A stretch of 63,205 nt of DNA, the filler included, from Octopus bimaculoides (lineage: Eukaryota): assembly GCF_001194135.2 (NCBI RefSeq). It is 7 parts of 7 records of this genome, joined end to end, with 100 filler letters (N's around TTAATTAATTAA, not from the genome) between each part and the next. Parts side by side here need not be neighbours in the genome. Positions count along the whole stretch, not along the records: positions 59,372 to 63,205 come from NC_068993.1; 6 more parts are not named here. One strand, given 5' to 3'. Position numbers and translations under genes: made by a program. Below, piece after piece: positions 60,301 through 63,205 of the stretch. Numbering within the stretch: the first letter of the stretch is position 1; each line of letters starts with the position of its first letter. The notes under the pieces are model-generated. The model was given only the letters and a program-made list of their open reading frames with translations. It did not search any database and had not been told where the DNA came from.

Positions 60301-61974
60301 AGAATATTTGGAAATTTGTCAATCATGAGTGAGACAGTATACTTCTCTCTCCCCTCCTCTCTCTCTCCCCTCTCTTTCTCTCTCCCCCTCTCTCTCTCTC
60401 CTCTCCTGCAACAACTAAAACAGTTTGCACAAAAGATTGGGTTAGATAAAGAAAGAAAAAAAGATATGCTGTTTCGTATAGATTTATAAAGCTATCTCAG
60501 AATGTTCATATATTTGTCATGGGATTTTATCAAAAAATAAAAGTCATTAGAGAAATTGATTAAAAATTGACCTAATTTTTATTTTCGCCCAGGTGTAAAT
60601 GTATTTAGTTTCGTTAGTGTGAGCTGCTTATTATGCTCGCTCTGNNNNNNNNNNNNNNNNNNNNNNNNNNNNNNNNNNNNNNNNNNNNNNNNNNNNNNNN
60701 NNNNNNNNNNNNNNNNNNNNNNNNNNNNNNNNNNNNNNNNNNNNNNNNNNNNNNNNNNNNNNNNNNNNNNNNNNNNNNNNNNNNNNNNNNNNNNNNNNNN
60801 NNNNNNNNNNNNNNNNNNNNNNNNNNNNNNNNNNNNNNNNNNNNNNNNNNNNNNNNNNNNNNNNNNNNNNNNNNNNNNNNNNNNNNNNNNNNNNNNNNNN
60901 NNNNNNNNNNNNNNNNNNNNNNNNNNNNNNNNNNNNNNNNNNNNNNNNNNNNNNNNNNNNNNNNNNNNNNNNNNNNNNNNNNNNNNNNNNNNNNNNNNNN
61001 NNNNNNNNNNNNNNNNNNNNNNNNNNNNNNNNNNNNNNNNNNNNNNNNNNNNNNNNNNNNNNNNNNNNNNNNNCACACACCCCTCCCCCCACACACACCA
61101 TACATATGTTTGTGTGTATGTACTTTTGATGGACCGACCTTCTCACATGTGCTGCCTATTTGAGCAGCTCCTTTTTCTAGGTCAAACGCAACACAACTGA
61201 CACGAAACACCGAAGGGTATCTGTTGTCTTTCAGAACTTATACCTCTTCAAAAAGACTGAGAGAAAAAAAGAGAAGAAATTTGATGTAGGTAGAACTCAA
61301 CGAGGAATGAGGGAAAGCAGGGTTGAGGAACGTATGGGAACACATAAAGTGATACGTTAAGAGCAATGGAAAATGTCTGTATAATGCTAGCGATACGGTG
61401 TGGTTCGTTCTGAATCAATAATAATATTAGTAGATATATTTGGTTGGGTGAAAATATTGTCACACACATACAAATATAAGCAAATACAAACGCAGCCTCA
61501 TAATTGTATTGTCGTTTTTTAATACACATATTTGTACAGGTGTATTATTTTCCTCACTAAGAGTGTAATTTTGAACCATTTAGGTTTTCGATCTACTACA
61601 TAAAGAGAATTAGCACATGACTATTGATTCTCTTCCAGCAGACTTCCTCGAGTATTCTTTGCTAGCCATTCTGTTTCATTTATAATGCGACCCATTCACT
61701 AAAGTTTTATATTCTGTCAAGTCATTTTAAGATTTTAACAATTGAACTAGGCTTCGTTGATCAAACACTTAAAACATGATTTTTATTTACTTTTATGAAA
61801 ATACCTTGTGGGATTGTCTCCCCTGCCTTTTTGTTCGCCATTAGAATTATGATTTTTCTCCCCAATAAGAGTGTAATTTCTTTTAAATTTACTAATTCAA
61901 TACATTTGATATATTGGCATCCAGTTTTCCGTTTGTTTAAAGGATGTGGACATCTTTTGATAAGTATATACGCA

Positions 61975-62208
61975 CATGTATGTATGTATGCATGCATGTA
62001 CGTATGTATGTACGTACGTATGTATGTATGTATGTATGTATGTACGTACGTATATATGTACGTGTGTATGTATGTATGTATGTATGTATGTATGTACGTG
62101 TGTATGTATGTATGTATGTATGCATGCATGCATGCATGGATGGATTCTCATGCATATAGTTGCATATCTAAACATGCTCATATATACTTAAATGATAAAC
62201 TTCTGGAG
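61975..62208. repeat. (ATGT)n array abutting a REL-LINE 3' UTR fragment (62147-62208)
   Basis: ATGCATATAGTTGCATATCTAAACATGCTCATATATACTTAAATGATAAACTTCTGGA is nearly identical to 37158-37215. Confidence 0.85.
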
Positions 62209-62821
62209 CGCGCACACATACACACAAACACACAGGCACACAATCCGGACCACCACCATGAAACAACTACCGACACCATCCAAACATCCGGTTCAGCTAG
62301 ACGGTTAATGCTACTCTATGCTTAGCGAAATGAGTTCTTCGATTCATCAACAGGAAATATATCGGTATTTCAGTACACTATATTCTACTATAGCAATTGA
62401 CCCTGTTCCAAATTCTCCTGATATTACATACTCGTTACATTTATTTTATCCATCAACAAAGGTTTCATAAAAATGTTATGTAAAGTTTGACATAAACTTC
62501 CCGCCAGGCAAGCTGTTGTAGAAATATTTCTCGAGAAAGTAAGTAGGTAAGTATACCAAGACATGGGCTCAGCGAAAAACAATGAGTGGCTGGCTTGTTT
62601 GTGAAGATCAAGACCTCTATGCGGGCTGGAATTCAGCACAACTAAAGAAATACATGTTTGTTTCAGAATTGAAACTGTTGAATATATTTAACGCAAATCA
62701 AAAGCAACAAAACACTTACAAATAAGTATTCATAGAGAAAACAGGTGTTTTATTGTTATTGGAATTATTGTTTAAACGTCACTGACAAAAATGGACTTAT
62801 ACATCTTAATTCCCGGAACAA

Positions 62822-62985
62822 CAGTAGCTTGCTTACCAACCACATGGTTCTGGGTTCATTCCCAATGCGTAGCACCTTGGGCAAGTGTCTTCTACTATAG
62901 CCTCGGGCCGACCAAAGCCTTGTGAATGGATTTGGTAGACGAAAACTGAGAGAAGCCCGTCGTATATATGTATATATATATATAA
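62822..62985 (+). mobile_element. SINE family B head ending in (TA)n
   Basis: GTAGCTTGCTTACCAACCACATGGTTCTGGGTTCATTCCCA…GAAGCCCGTCGTATATATG. Confidence 0.9.
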
Positions 62986-63205
62986 GTTCAAAAAAACACA
63001 AAAAACAATAACAAAAAAAAACAACAAAGTGAGGACGTGATACGGATAGTGTTGTAGTGAAACTACCTCCCGCCATTAGATACAAACTACTATCGCCATT
63101 ACATACAATCTTCCTTTAAATATAAACAAACGCGAACGTAGGGGAAAACATTAACCTTGTCATCACGTGACTGATCATTATTCGAATCGGCAACTTCTTC
63201 GAACC

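Overview
AT-rich, microsatellite-saturated eukaryotic scaffold with many N gaps. It is most likely a cephalopod (Octopus-like) genome, which is an inference from the tRNA-derived SINE families and repeat load. I find no intact protein-coding gene, and most ORFs in the supplied track are microsatellite or gap artefacts. The window is a graveyard of mobile elements: at least 3-4 SINE families, R4/Dong-like REL LINE 3' ends, Penelope-like elements (PLEs), a Tx1-like LINE piece, Tigger/pogo, Tc1/mariner, hAT (Buster), a Chapaev-like CMC transposase and Helitron pieces. Possible decayed exons of a Cys-rich receptor gene lie in the first 9 kb. The most striking structures are: (1) a 314-bp MITE with 31-bp TIRs and a perfect 8-bp TSD whose whole interior is a degenerate (TTAGGG)n telomeric array (44634-44947); (2) several hammerhead-ribozyme-like cores, including an inverted pair inside a ~300-bp tandem unit (retrozyme-like, 42.3-42.8 kb) and one in the loop of an 84-bp hairpin bounded by a 12-bp TSD (48.4-48.6 kb); (3) a REL LINE whose 3' UTR repeatedly abuts (TACA)n microsatellites; (4) a SINE that carries an internal (TA)n(TG)n microsatellite. 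All alignments and folds were done by eye, and element boundaries are approximate unless a TIR or TSD is given.
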